Part shown: positions 10,801-20,472 of the stretch, in pieces
Numbering within the stretch: the first letter of the stretch is position 1
Layout: each line of letters begins with the position of its first letter
Assembly (NCBI GenBank): GCA_944377145.1
Contig: CALWEH010000010.1
Span: forward strand, 4,871-68,870
DNA length: 64,000 nucleotides
Direction of reading: 5' to 3'
Source of the DNA: an uncultured Clostridia bacterium
GTDB lineage: Bacteria > Bacillota > Clostridia > Christensenellales > UBA1242
Notes under the pieces: model-generated
Told to the model about the DNA's origin: nothing
Database searches by the model: none
Seen by the model: the letters and a program-made list of their open reading frames with translations, nothing else
Translations under genes and position numbers: made by a program

Positions 10801-11526
10801 GGACAATTACTTGAAATGCATTTAGGTTTAGCTGCAAAACATTTAGATTGGAAAGTAGCTACACCTGGATTTGACAGTGCTACTGAAGAAGAAATTCAAG
10901 AATTGTTGCGTCAAAATAATTTGCCTGAAGATGGAAAAATTCAATTATATGATGGAAGAACAGGATTGCCATTTGAAAATAAAACAAATGTTGGCGTAAT
11001 GTATATGTTGAAGCTTGATCACATGGTAGAAGATAAAATTCATGCTCGTTCAATAGGAACTTACGCATTAATTACTCAACAGCCATTAAGTGGAAAATCT
11101 CAACTTGGAGGACAACGTTTTGGTGAAATGGAAGTTTGGGCATTAGAAGCATACGGAGCAAGCAGATTGTTGCAAGAGATGTTAACCGTTAAATCAGATG
11201 ATGTAGAAGGGCGTATTAAAACTTATGAGGCAATAGTAAAAGGAGAACCAATTCCAGAGCCTGGAATGCCAGAGGCGTTTAAAGTGCTTGTAAAAGAGAT
11301 GCAGGGACTTGGCTTAGATGTGAAGATTTTGACAGCAGATCAACATGAGTTGTCTATCAATGAAGTATCTGATCAAGAAGTTGAATTTAATGCAGTGCAA
11401 CCTGTAAATAAGGTTGGGCTTGAAGATATCACTCTTGAATTTGATAAAATTCAGGAAAGTTATGGTTCGCAAGATGAAGACCAAACTTTTGATGAATCAG
11501 CTTTATTTGATGATTTAGATGACTAG
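7855..11526 (+). CDS. rpoB: DNA-directed RNA polymerase subunit beta
   Basis: 1223 aa with conserved beta-subunit blocks throughout (e.g. GPGGVKKERA, NMQCQAVPL, GDKLAGRYGNKGVVS, NPMGIPSRMN). SD is aaggag. Confidence 0.98.
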   Translation: MNSNTLNIKMVNYGNKAKRQTFGKIRVPYEMPHLMDVQKASFQTFLKEGIWEVLNEFNPIVDYSNKAELSFLDYSIDFTPKYSWAECKRRQSSYTVALKVKVRLLVKETGQVMEQEVFLGDIPYMSEDGGFLCNGVERVILNQLIKSPGIVFDGEMNKYGKMDYTGSIAPSHGMWVTTEQVNGDSLRVIVERKFKMSLGVLFKCFGYTNEQLLEIFGNHPFIVNTLNKETQLTQEDALIEFSRRTRPGEIPSPSNTMAYINDRFFNHQHYSMGKVGRYKTNKKLSLANRIVDHISAEDIKIDKKVVVSKGEVITRELANKIQNAGINSVNIIYNDKIIKVVGNNRVDLTAYLDCDPKQFGISGLVYYPLLQEILKENKTKEEQLEAVRANARALENYQITLDDMLATVSYHLNLIDGIGSLDERDHLANRRVAGCGELLTQEFRKGMTKLQAQVRETLQSRDLTDITPAQVVNARYINKAFKEFMSTSQLSALMDQVNPVSSLRHKRRLSSFGPGGVKKERATAEVRDINHSHYGRICVVETPEGQPIGLMTSIASYARINEYGFLETPYRKVEANGKVSDKIVFMMADEDVNEYIATAKEELDENGCLKNEQIVCRHNGTVESVSRDKITYIDLSPRQLISVGASLIPFIEHCAANRALMGTNMQCQAVPLIKAESPVVGTGIEHKLAKDSGAMILADGDGTVSYVSADYITVDYDDGRVVNYYLRKFERTNDKTCFNQKPIVKHGERVASGDVLADGASTQNGEIALGKNMTVAFMNWEGYNFEDAILVNERIVREDAFTSISIQQVKTEARTTKLGDEEITRDIAGVGEEALKNLDENGIVRIGTEVKVGDILVGKVTPKGETDLTPEERLLKSIFGEKTKEVKNTSLKVKHGEAGVVVGVEILSRKNKDELDAGVNTMVKVYIAQKRVLQPGDKLAGRYGNKGVVSIVLPECDMPFMANGQTVDIVLNPMGIPSRMNLGQLLEMHLGLAAKHLDWKVATPGFDSATEEEIQELLRQNNLPEDGKIQLYDGRTGLPFENKTNVGVMYMLKLDHMVEDKIHARSIGTYALITQQPLSGKSQLGGQRFGEMEVWALEAYGASRLLQEMLTVKSDDVEGRIKTYEAIVKGEPIPEPGMPEAFKVLVKEMQGLGLDVKILTADQHELSINEVSDQEVEFNAVQPVNKVGLEDITLEFDKIQESYGSQDEDQTFDESALFDDLDD

Positions 11527-11547
11527 AAAAAATATAGGAGAAATATA

Positions 11548-14500
11548 ATGTTTGAATTAAACAATTTTGACTCAATAAAAATCAGCATCGCTTCCCCTGA
11601 AAAGATCAGAGAATGGTCTAGAGGGGAGGTGACTAAGCCTGAGACAATTAATTACCGCACTCAAAAACCTGAAAAAGATGGTTTGTTTTGTGAGCGTATC
11701 TTTGGGCCTAAAAAAGATTGGGAATGTAGTTGTGGTAGATATAAAAGAGTGCGTTATAAAGGCGTAATATGTGATAAATGCGGTGTAGAAGTTACTCGAT
11801 CAAAAGTTAGACGTGAACGTATGGGGCATATTGAATTAGCTTGTCCTGTATCACATATTTGGTTCTTTAAAGGTGTTCCTAGTCGTATAGGATTAATACT
11901 TGATATGTCTCCAAAACTTTTAGATGAAGTTTTATATTATGTAAGCTATGTTGTTCTTGATCCTAAAGATACAGAGTTTGAATACAAACAGGTTATTAGG
12001 GATAGAGAATATCGTGAAGCCATTGAAAAGTATGGCTATAACGGCTTTAGAGCAGGAATGGGAGCTGAAGCAGTAAAAGAATTGCTACACAATGTTGACC
12101 TTGAAAAAGAGAAAAAAGAATTGACAGATATAATGCACAATTCAAAAGGTCAAAAGAAATTGAAAGCAACTAAAAAGCTTGAAATAGTTGAAGATTTCAT
12201 TAAAAGTGGAAATAAACCTGAATGGATGATTATGGATGTAATTCCTGTTATACCACCTGATATTCGTCCATTAGTTCAAATAGATGGAGGAAAATTTGCA
12301 GCAAGTGATTTAAACGATTTATATCGACGTGTTATAAATAGAAATAATCGTTTGAAAAAATTGATAGATTTAGGTGCTCCAGAAATTATTATACGTAATG
12401 AAAAGCGTATGTTGCAAGAAGCTGTCGATGCTTTGTTTGATAATGGAAAACGTGGAAGAGCTGTACAAGGTTCTCGTCAAAGAGATTTAAAATCTTTAAC
12501 AGCTTCATTAAAAGGTAAGCATGGACGTTTCCGTCAAAATTTGTTAGGAAAGCGTGTAGACTATTCTGGACGTTCAGTTATTGTGGTTGGTCCAGAACTT
12601 AAAATTTATCAAATGGGCTTGCCAAAAATGATGGCTTTAGAATTATTTAGACCATTTATTATTAAGCGTTTACTTGAAATGAACCAAACAAATAATTTAA
12701 AGAAAGCTACTCGTATGATAGATCAAGAACGCCCTGTAGTATGGGATATTTTGTCTGAAGTAGTGCAAGGTCACCCAGTACTATTAAACCGTGCACCAAC
12801 ATTGCATAAATTGTCTGTTCAAGCTTTTGAACCATTGTTAATTGAAGGTAAGGCGATACGTTTGCCACCTTTGGCTTGTGGCGGATTTAATGCAGACTTC
12901 GATGGAGACCAAATGTCAATTCATATTCCATTAAGTATTGAAGCTAGAACTGAAGCTAGAAATTTGTTATTAGCATCTAACAATATATTAAAACCAAGTG
13001 ATGGTTCTCCAGCGATGGTACCTTCTCAAGATATGATTTTAGGAAATTATTATATAACATTACTTCGTGATGGTGCTAAAGGCGAAAATATGGTGTTTAA
13101 TAGCGAAGAAGAAGCTGAAATGGCTTATGAAAATGGAGAATTATCTCTTCAAGCTAAAATATATGTTCGCCGTAAAGCTTTGTTTAATGGAGAACTTTGC
13201 CAAGGAAGAGCAGAAACCTCTTTAGGAAGAATTTTCTTTAATAGATGTGTTCCTCAAGACTTGGGATATATAGATAGAACAAAGAAAGAAAATATATTCC
13301 GTTATGAAATTGAGAAAGAAGTTGGAAAGAAAGAGTATGGAAAATTAATCGATCTAGCATATAGAAAACATGGAACAAATGTTACAGTATCTATGATTGA
13401 TGATATCAAAAATCTTGGATTTAAATTTTCTACTCTAGCAAGTATCTCATTATCATTATTTGATATGACAGAAAGCAATCAAAAAGAAGCTATTTTAAAA
13501 GAAGCTGATGAAAAAGTTGCTCAAAATAATGACTTGTATTTACAAGGATTTATGAGTGAAGCTGATAAACGTGAAAGAAATATTAAAATATGGAATGACG
13601 CTACTGCTAAAGTTATGGAAGCTGTTGTGGGTGGACTAGACAAATTTAATCCATTAAAAATGATGGCAGATTCAAAAGCTCGTGGTAATAACGACCAAAT
13701 CAAGCAGTTATCTGGTATGCAGGGTATAACAGCGGTTGCTTCAGGTGTTCGTTCAGATATACCAGTTAAATCAAGCTTTAGAAGAGGATTAACTCCTATA
13801 GAATATTTTAGTGCTGCTCGTGGATCTCGTAAACAGTTGATGGATACAGCTATGAAAACAGCAGACTCAGGTTATTTAACTCGTAGATTAGTAGATGTGG
13901 CTCAAGATACTGTAGTTACAGAAGTAGATTGCTTTGAAGCTCTTGGCGAAAGCGTAAAGGGTATGGAAGTTACAGAGATAGTAAAAGATGGAACTTTAGT
14001 TGAAAGTTTGGAAAATAGAATTATTGGAAGATATTCAGTAAATGCTATTATCAATCCAAAAACTAAACAAGAAATCTGTCCAGCAAATGAATATATAACT
14101 GCTGATATGGCTAGTGAAATTGTAAATGCTGGAATTACAAAGGTTAATATTAGAACATTATTAACTTGTAAAGCAAGACGAGGGGTTTGTGCAAAATGTT
14201 ATGGAAGAAACATGAGCAAAAACTCATTAGTAGATGTTGGTGAAGCTGTAGGTGTAATTGCAGCTCAATCAATTGGTGAACCAGGAACACAATTAACAAT
14301 GAGAACCTTCCATACAGGAGGTGCTGCTACTGCAGATATTACTCAAGGTTTGCCTCGTGTGGAAGAAATCTTTGAAGCTCGTAATCCTAAAGGTGCTGCT
14401 TTTGTTAGCGAAATTGCTGGTAAGGTTACAATTAATAATGTTGATAAACGTTATGAAGTTGTTGTTAAAGGTGAAACAGAACAATCATATATTTTACCTT

Positions 14501-15117
14501 ATGGTTCAGTATTAAAGGTTCAAACAGGTGATACTGTTCAACCTGGAACAGCTTTAACAGAAGGCCCAATTAACCCTAGAGATATATTGCATACTCGTGG
14601 AGTTAAAGCAGTTCAAGAATATTTGCTAAATGAAGTATTGAGTGTGTATAAATCACAATCAGTTGATATTAATGCTAAACATTTGGAAATAATTATTCGT
14701 CAAATGTTAAGAAAGGTTAGAATTGAAAATTCTGGTGATACTAATTTATTGCCTGGAGATAGTGTTGATATTAGTGTGTATGAAGATGAAAATAACAGAG
14801 TGCTTGCAGAAGGTGGTGTGCCTGCAACTGCTAAACGTGAATTGCAGGGTATAACTAAAGCAAGTTTAACTACAGAAAGCTTCTTATCAGCTTCTTCATT
14901 CCAAGAGACAAGCAGTGTGTTAACTGAGGCTGCTTTGAAAGGTAAGGTGGATCACTTGTTGGGATTAAAAGAAAATGTAATTATAGGAAAATTAATTCCT
15001 GCAGGAACAGGGTGTACTGAATATCGTTCTATGATGCCTAAAGAAGTGGAAAGCGATAAAATGTTTGGATTTGGAATGGACGCAGATATTAAATTTGCAG
15101 ATATTGATTTAGAATAA
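11548..15117 (+). CDS. rpoC: DNA-directed RNA polymerase subunit beta'
   Basis: 1189 aa with a Zn-binding CxC...CxxC motif near the N-terminus, the catalytic NADFDGDQM motif, and trigger-loop and bridge-helix blocks. Confidence 0.98.
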   Translation: MFELNNFDSIKISIASPEKIREWSRGEVTKPETINYRTQKPEKDGLFCERIFGPKKDWECSCGRYKRVRYKGVICDKCGVEVTRSKVRRERMGHIELACPVSHIWFFKGVPSRIGLILDMSPKLLDEVLYYVSYVVLDPKDTEFEYKQVIRDREYREAIEKYGYNGFRAGMGAEAVKELLHNVDLEKEKKELTDIMHNSKGQKKLKATKKLEIVEDFIKSGNKPEWMIMDVIPVIPPDIRPLVQIDGGKFAASDLNDLYRRVINRNNRLKKLIDLGAPEIIIRNEKRMLQEAVDALFDNGKRGRAVQGSRQRDLKSLTASLKGKHGRFRQNLLGKRVDYSGRSVIVVGPELKIYQMGLPKMMALELFRPFIIKRLLEMNQTNNLKKATRMIDQERPVVWDILSEVVQGHPVLLNRAPTLHKLSVQAFEPLLIEGKAIRLPPLACGGFNADFDGDQMSIHIPLSIEARTEARNLLLASNNILKPSDGSPAMVPSQDMILGNYYITLLRDGAKGENMVFNSEEEAEMAYENGELSLQAKIYVRRKALFNGELCQGRAETSLGRIFFNRCVPQDLGYIDRTKKENIFRYEIEKEVGKKEYGKLIDLAYRKHGTNVTVSMIDDIKNLGFKFSTLASISLSLFDMTESNQKEAILKEADEKVAQNNDLYLQGFMSEADKRERNIKIWNDATAKVMEAVVGGLDKFNPLKMMADSKARGNNDQIKQLSGMQGITAVASGVRSDIPVKSSFRRGLTPIEYFSAARGSRKQLMDTAMKTADSGYLTRRLVDVAQDTVVTEVDCFEALGESVKGMEVTEIVKDGTLVESLENRIIGRYSVNAIINPKTKQEICPANEYITADMASEIVNAGITKVNIRTLLTCKARRGVCAKCYGRNMSKNSLVDVGEAVGVIAAQSIGEPGTQLTMRTFHTGGAATADITQGLPRVEEIFEARNPKGAAFVSEIAGKVTINNVDKRYEVVVKGETEQSYILPYGSVLKVQTGDTVQPGTALTEGPINPRDILHTRGVKAVQEYLLNEVLSVYKSQSVDINAKHLEIIIRQMLRKVRIENSGDTNLLPGDSVDISVYEDENNRVLAEGGVPATAKRELQGITKASLTTESFLSASSFQETSSVLTEAALKGKVDHLLGLKENVIIGKLIPAGTGCTEYRSMMPKEVESDKMFGFGMDADIKFADIDLE

Positions 15118-15121
15118 AATA

Positions 15122-15151
15122 AAAGATGGGTAAAACTTTACCCATCTTTTT
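15122..15151 (+). terminator. Intrinsic terminator after rpoC
   Basis: 11-bp stem aaagatgggta/tacccatcttt, loop aaactt, then a T-run. Confidence 0.85.
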
Positions 15152-15353
15152 ATAAATTAAATTATATTTTATTATAAAAGTTTAATATATATTTTATTAT
15201 AATATCCAAATGCTAAAAAGCAATTAACTAACTTTCTGGAAATTAATTTCCTTAATAATTAATTATTTAATTAATTCTAATAAAATACTATATTATAGTA
15301 TTTTGTGTAGATTTTAATTTTTAATTAATTTTAAAAAAAATATTAAAAAACTA

Positions 15354-15382
15354 TTTACAAATCATTTTGTTTATGCTATATT
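15354..15382 (+). promoter_or_regulatory. Promoter for the 44-codon ORF
   Basis: TTTACA-17 nt-TATATT with TGc as an extended -10. Confidence 0.5.
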
Positions 15383-15409
15383 ATAAGAGTATTAAAGGAG
15401 GTAGGATAT

Positions 15410-15544
15410 ATGAAATGTACTACTTGGGGATTTAATCAAGGGGAAAATGGAAAAGTTATTCCAGTTAAAATTGAAAAGACTATTGATGAAAATATTATGG
15501 CTTCAGCAGAAGCTTTGCTTAAAGGAGTAGAAGTATCTTTATAA
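15410..15544 (+). CDS. Unannotated small ORF, 44 aa (MKCTTWGFNQGENGKVIPVKIEKTIDENIMASAEALLKGVEVSL)
   Basis: It falls below the ORF-track length cutoff. A strong SD aaaggagg lies 8 nt upstream of the ATG and a promoter lies upstream of that. No family was recognised. Confidence 0.45.
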   Translation: MKCTTWGFNQGENGKVIPVKIEKTIDENIMASAEALLKGVEVSL

Positions 15545-15722
15545 CTTAATCTTTTAATAAGCTTTTATAACTAATGAAAATGCAATGAGAAATATTGACA
15601 ATTTGTTTGAGTTTGCATAGTCTAATAAGTTTTTGCACTAAATTTTGAAATGTGTATAAATTTATTAGACTTTTTTATTTTGATATGTTAAAATGATTAA
15701 GTAATTATCTAAAGAGGTTTAT

Positions 15723-15980
15723 ATGAAAGAATTAGTTTATCCAGCAGTATTATATAAAGATAAAGAATTAGATGCTTTTACAATAGCTATTCATGATTTG
15801 GGAATAGTTACTGAAGGTAAAACAGTTGAAGAGGCTTTTATTAATGCTAGGGAGCATTTAACAGCAATGTTTGAGTGTGCAGTAAAGCTTGATTGCGAAA
15901 TAGATGCACCATCTCCTTTTATAAAAATTTGGAAAGAAAATAAGGATAATATTGTTATATTAGTAGATGCTTTAACTTAA
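15723..15980 (+). CDS. HicB-like antitoxin N-terminal-domain protein (UPF0150/HicB_lk_antitox style)
   Basis: 85 aa. YPAVLYKD...FTIAIHDLGIVTEGKTVEEAFINAREHL...IDAPSP matches the HicB-family pattern YPA..fPDLPG..t.G.t.EEA...a.eAL....iP.Ps. It has no DNA-binding C-terminal domain, and no HicA gene is adjacent. Confidence 0.6.
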   Translation: MKELVYPAVLYKDKELDAFTIAIHDLGIVTEGKTVEEAFINAREHLTAMFECAVKLDCEIDAPSPFIKIWKENKDNIVILVDALT

Positions 15981-15994
15981 ATTTAGGAGGGGAT

Positions 15995-16528
15995 ATGGAA
16001 GAGTTTAAGGTTAATGCTCAAAATTGGTCTGAACTTGATTTTCTAATTAATAACTTCTATGAAATTGTAGAATATAAAAGGGGTCGAGGCATTTACGGTG
16101 ATAGAGTGATTTTGAAAAGAAGTAAAAATCCAAGATGTATTTTTGGAGAAAAAGATAAATATTACGAATTCTATTATCTTAATGCAAATGCTGTGAAAGA
16201 ATTGCCAAGAACACTTATTGAAAAAATTAATGTTATAAAAAGAGTTGTTGTTTCTCCAGAAAACATGAATTTATTATGCGATTTTTCAGATGTGGGAGAT
16301 CAAAATCCAATAGATTGGGCCACAGATACAGCTTTAGCTTTATCTACTCCAAATACAGTTGATTTTAAAATATTGAATGAAATATTAATAAAAAGATATA
16401 AATTATTAGGAAAAGATTTTATAGAGAAATTAAATCAGCATAGAAAAATGCAGTATTTCTTGGCAACATCTAAAGAGATGTGTTTAATACCTAAAGAACA
16501 TGCAGAACAAGAAATGCAAAAAATATAA
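15995..16528 (+). CDS. Hypothetical protein, 177 aa, translationally coupled to the HicB-like gene
   Basis: SD aggagggg sits between the upstream stop (15980) and the ATG (15995). No recognisable motif. Confidence 0.5.
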   Translation: MEEFKVNAQNWSELDFLINNFYEIVEYKRGRGIYGDRVILKRSKNPRCIFGEKDKYYEFYYLNANAVKELPRTLIEKINVIKRVVVSPENMNLLCDFSDVGDQNPIDWATDTALALSTPNTVDFKILNEILIKRYKLLGKDFIEKLNQHRKMQYFLATSKEMCLIPKEHAEQEMQKI

Positions 16529-16599
16529 ATTAAAATACATGAAAATCATGTATTTTTTATTGTTTTTAATAAAATATAATATAATAAAAAGAGGAAAGT

Positions 16600-17064
16600 A
16601 TGAATGAATTTATGAAACAAGCTATAGAAGAAGCTGAAGTTGGAATACAAAATGGAGAAGGCGGGCCTTTTGGGTGTATAATTGTTAAAAATGGAAAAAT
16701 TGTTGCTAAAGCACATAATCAGGTTATTAAAAATAATGATGCTACATGTCATGCAGAAATTCAAGCAATTAGAATGGCTAGTAAAAATTTAAATACATTT
16801 GATTTAACAGGCTGTGAGTTATATTGTTCTGGAGAACCTTGTATTATGTGTGCTTCAGCTTGCCTTTGGGCAAATATTCAAAAAGTGTATTATGCATGTT
16901 CAGTTGAAGATAATGCTAGTATAGGTTTTAGAGATAAAAAATTTGATGAATTGATATATAAAGAAAAAATGAATAATTTGCTTCCAATGGAAAATATTGA
17001 TGGAAAAGAAGGCTTAAAATTATTTAAAAAATATTTAAATATTAAAAATAAAATTAAATATTAA
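16600..17064 (+). CDS. guaD: CDA-fold nucleoside/nucleobase deaminase, guanine-deaminase (B. subtilis GuaD)-like
   Basis: 154 aa with the zinc motifs HAE...PCxMC. GGPFGCIIVKNGKIVA, HAEIQAIR, SGEPCIMCASACLWA and GFRD..F are colinear with what I recall of B. subtilis GuaD. Confidence 0.65.
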   Translation: MNEFMKQAIEEAEVGIQNGEGGPFGCIIVKNGKIVAKAHNQVIKNNDATCHAEIQAIRMASKNLNTFDLTGCELYCSGEPCIMCASACLWANIQKVYYACSVEDNASIGFRDKKFDELIYKEKMNNLLPMENIDGKEGLKLFKKYLNIKNKIKY

Positions 17065-17221
17065 AAATGATAAAAATAATTAAATAAAACATAAAAAATA
17101 AAACAAAAACAATTAAATAAAATATTGAAAAATAAAACAATTAAAAAAAATATTAAATAAAAAATAAATAATTTATTTAAAAATAAAAAAATTCTTATTA
17201 CAAGAATTTTTTTGATATATT

Positions 17222-18301
17222 TTATTCTATGGTTAATTGAACTATTTTTCCATTTAAAGCATTTTGATATATTAAGAAATATCCATCACTCATAACATCA
17301 TTTGGATTTAAAGGAAGCCATTGATAATTTTGACCAAAATCATTTGGAGGTAAACTATTATATTTTGCAGGCACTCCATAAGCTATGTATTTCATTAGTT
17401 TATTTTCATAAATTACTCCCAAAACGTATGGATTAGAATTTTCATTTTCAACTTTTATAAATTTAGAATCAGGTATAATACTATTTAATATATCATCTGC
17501 TGGATATTTAGCAAACATTTCATCTAATTGGTAAATAATGTCATTTAAAAATGTAGATTGCTCTTCAGTTAAAGAATTATCTTCATTTTGAGAAGGGTTT
17601 TCATTTCTAATTTCAGTATTTTCTTCAATAGAATCTGTTGTAGAATTAATTTCAACATCAATGTTATTTTCAATGTTATTATCTTTAATATTAGTATCTT
17701 TAATATTATTATCTTCAACATTTATATTGTTGTTTTCTAAAATTTTATCTTCAGTATTATTTACCATGCTATCATTATCTAAAATTTTATCTTTAGGCAT
17801 ATCATCTTCTATAATAGATTCTTGATAGTTTGAATAAAAATAATTTTTATATTCACAATTTGCACAATTTGAACAGTCTTCACAACAAGAGCTTTCTTTC
17901 ATGGCATTATCTATAACTTGTTCTAATTCTTCATCTTTAGCTTCTAAAACAGCGTCAAATGGAGAGTCTGAAAAATAAAAGCCGTTAAAACTTCCTCCTT
18001 CCAAAATAACTTTTTTATCTCCTAAGTTATTATCTATTAAAGCGCAATAAATACTATCGTTTAAATTTATAGGATTTGATATTGAAAATTCATAATGTTG
18101 AGGCTTTTTATTTAGCTCAACAATTTGGACATTATTATTACAATATATCCCTAATTTTGTGTTTAAAGGTAAGCTGGTTATATTGTACAGACGTATTTTC
18201 CCGCTTATTTTATTGTTTGTATTAGAAAGAGTTAAAATTCCTTTAGGTGCATTATTAGTTATATTTTCACTATTTGATAATATTATAGTTTTACAAAACA
18301 T
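17222..18301 (-). CDS. Hypothetical protein with a central Cys cluster and an Asn/Asp/Glu low-complexity linker
   Basis: 359 aa with SD gaggt. It has an N-terminal beta-rich region, the cluster CCEDCSNCANCEY, an NNI(K/E)D-type repeat stretch, and a C-terminal block ending YGVPAKY...PP..FG..YQWLP...DGYFLIYQNALNGK. Confidence 0.55.
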   Translation of the reverse strand: MFCKTIILSNSENITNNAPKGILTLSNTNNKISGKIRLYNITSLPLNTKLGIYCNNNVQIVELNKKPQHYEFSISNPINLNDSIYCALIDNNLGDKKVILEGGSFNGFYFSDSPFDAVLEAKDEELEQVIDNAMKESSCCEDCSNCANCEYKNYFYSNYQESIIEDDMPKDKILDNDSMVNNTEDKILENNNINVEDNNIKDTNIKDNNIENNIDVEINSTTDSIEENTEIRNENPSQNEDNSLTEEQSTFLNDIIYQLDEMFAKYPADDILNSIIPDSKFIKVENENSNPYVLGVIYENKLMKYIAYGVPAKYNSLPPNDFGQNYQWLPLNPNDVMSDGYFLIYQNALNGKIVQLTIE

Positions 18302-18526
18302 ATTAACCTCATGTTAATTATATATTATATTTAAAAGAAAAAATTGACATTTTTTATCGAAAATGATAGATTTTGTTGTTTTATTGTTGATTTATTTTAA
18401 GAAAAATTAAATTTTTGAATAAAAGTTGAGTTGTGTTAAAAACTTTGTTTAATATAATTGACAAATAAATGGTTAATATGGTAATATATTTCTGTTAAAT
18501 TGGCAATAATGATATGCGAGGAAAGA

Positions 18527-19876
18527 ATGAAAAGATTTGTTAAATTAGCATTATGTTTATTTTTATGTGTAATAGCTATTGGCCTTACAGCTTGTGGCGG
18601 AAAAAAGAAAGAAGTTGTAGATACTAGCATAGCTAGCTATGGTAATGGTGGAATGGTTGTAACACATGGAGAATATGTATACTTTGTAAACGGATATTCT
18701 AGCTATGAAATTTATACAAAGGATAATTTGTCTACAAATTTTGATGTTGGTGGATTATATAGGGCTAAATTGAATAGTGATAAAACTTTAAATTATGATA
18801 AAAATGGCAATGTTGTAGGAGCTGAAAAGCTTAGTGGAAATTTGGTTGGATTTGAAACTACCAGCTTATATATATTTGGTGATTATATTTACTATGTAAC
18901 ACCTACAACTGAAGTTGACAAGCAAGGTAATTTACAAACAAGTAAACTAGATTTTTGTCGCATTAAAATTGATGGAGGAAAGACTGAAAGAGTATATAAG
19001 AGTGATTCTGATGCTGCAGATATTGATTTTGAGTTTTATTATGCTGAAGGTCAAGTATATTTATTGGTAAATGAAAATGGAACTTTAAAGCGTATTATTT
19101 GTTCTGGAAAGTTTTCTGTAGATACCATTGATGAAAATGTTACTAGTGTGGCTTTGCATAAAGATGAGTATAATGTTTTTGATAGCGATAGTTATAAAAA
19201 CATATTTTATACAAAAACAAATGATGATGAAAAAATAGAGATATATAATTATAATGTAGTTAGTAATAAGCAAGAATATAAGGTTACAACAAATTATTCA
19301 ACTTGTGAATTGATGGATTATAGATTTGGGCATTTGTATTATAAAGCTAGTAAAGAAGATTATCCTAGCTATACTTATGTTTATCGCATAGATGCTACAA
19401 AAAATGCTATTACAAATTTAATTGAAGAACAAATAACAAAAATGGAATATACAGAGTTTTATTTCCTTGAGAATGAAACTAGTGGATATATAGCTCAGAC
19501 TGAGGATAAAACATATTATTTAACATATGACGCTGGCGGTTTAAGTCAGGTAATTCCTATCGCTGATAGTAAATTAAATATAATGGCTATAAAAAACAAT
19601 TATATATATATAAATGAAAGCAGTGAAATTAAGCGTATTAATATATACAATTTATCTACATCTCATGATACAACTCAAGAAACAGTGCTTACTCTTGAAA
19701 ATATGCAAACATATCAATATGATATAGATGATCACTATATTTATATGTATGCAACTATGGGAGAAAACACATATTTGTATGGAATATATATAAATAACCC
19801 AATAGATGGAGATGAGTTTGAAGCAAAGTTAATTGGAGTATATCTTGAAAGTGATATAGAGGAAAGTGAAGAATAA
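18527..19876 (+). CDS. Lipoprotein with DUF5050/YWTD-like beta-propeller repeats
   Basis: The signal peptide and lipobox MKRFVKLALCLFLCVIAIGLTAC follow SD gaggaaag, so I chose this start over the track's 18500. Recurrent aromatic blades are present (EYVYFVNGY, GDYIYYV, GQVYLL, NNYIYINE, DHYIYMY). Confidence 0.65.
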   Translation: MKRFVKLALCLFLCVIAIGLTACGGKKKEVVDTSIASYGNGGMVVTHGEYVYFVNGYSSYEIYTKDNLSTNFDVGGLYRAKLNSDKTLNYDKNGNVVGAEKLSGNLVGFETTSLYIFGDYIYYVTPTTEVDKQGNLQTSKLDFCRIKIDGGKTERVYKSDSDAADIDFEFYYAEGQVYLLVNENGTLKRIICSGKFSVDTIDENVTSVALHKDEYNVFDSDSYKNIFYTKTNDDEKIEIYNYNVVSNKQEYKVTTNYSTCELMDYRFGHLYYKASKEDYPSYTYVYRIDATKNAITNLIEEQITKMEYTEFYFLENETSGYIAQTEDKTYYLTYDAGGLSQVIPIADSKLNIMAIKNNYIYINESSEIKRINIYNLSTSHDTTQETVLTLENMQTYQYDIDDHYIYMYATMGENTYLYGIYINNPIDGDEFEAKLIGVYLESDIEESEE

Positions 19877-19960
19877 TAAATTTTAAAATATATTAGGGAA
19901 AACACCTAATATATTTTTATTTTATATCTAAAAATATGATTATTATTTTAGTTTAAACTA

Positions 19961-19989
19961 TTGACAAAGAATTAATGTTTTGCTAAAAT
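19961..19989 (+). promoter_or_regulatory. Promoter of the str (rpsL) cluster
   Basis: TTGACA-17 nt-TAAAAT. The predicted +1 is near 19996, giving a leader of about 105 nt. Confidence 0.6.
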
Positions 19990-20100
19990 ATATATCGTTA
20001 TAGTGTATGTGCTACCAGCTATAACGTTAAATTTTTTTTAAATGGTTGGATTAAGAAAAATTTAACAATATTGGTTGCAAAATTTTTATAGGAGGAGAAT

Positions 20101-20472
20101 ATGCCTACAACTCAACAATTAGTTAGAAAAGGTAGAAAAAAAATTGATGTAAAAAGCAAATCAATTTTGCTAGACAACTGCCCTCAAAAACGTGGCGTTT
20201 GTACATCAGTTACAACTACTACACCTAAAAAACCTAACTCTGCGTTAAGAAAAATTGCTCGTGTTCGTTTGTCTAATGGTAAAGAAACTACTTGCTACAT
20301 TCCAGGCGAGGGACACAATTTGCAAGAACATAATGTAGTGTTGGTTCGTGGTGGAAGAGTACCAGATCTTCCAGGTGTGCGTTATCATATTATTCGTGGT
20401 GCATTGGATACTGCTGCTGTTCAAAAACGCAAACAAGGAAGAAGTAAGTATGGCGCTAAACGCCCTAAATAA
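20101..20472 (+). CDS. rpsL: 30S ribosomal protein S12
   Basis: 123 aa. [12 protein letters not shown]...[10 protein letters not shown]...[19 protein letters not shown] is canonical S12. Confidence 0.98.
   Translation: MPTTQQLVRKGRKKIDVKSKSILLDNCPQKRGVCTSVTTTTPKKPNSALRKIARVRLSNGKETTCYIPGEGHNLQEHNVVLVRGGRVPDLPGVRYHIIRGALDTAAVQKRKQGRSKYGAKRPK

Noticed and set aside
17640-17780. Tandem-like AT-rich DNA repeats, considered as a CRISPR array or satellite repeat
   Set aside because: The units are irregular, have no unique spacers and lie in frame within the 359-aa ORF. They encode an Asn/Asp/Ile low-complexity linker.
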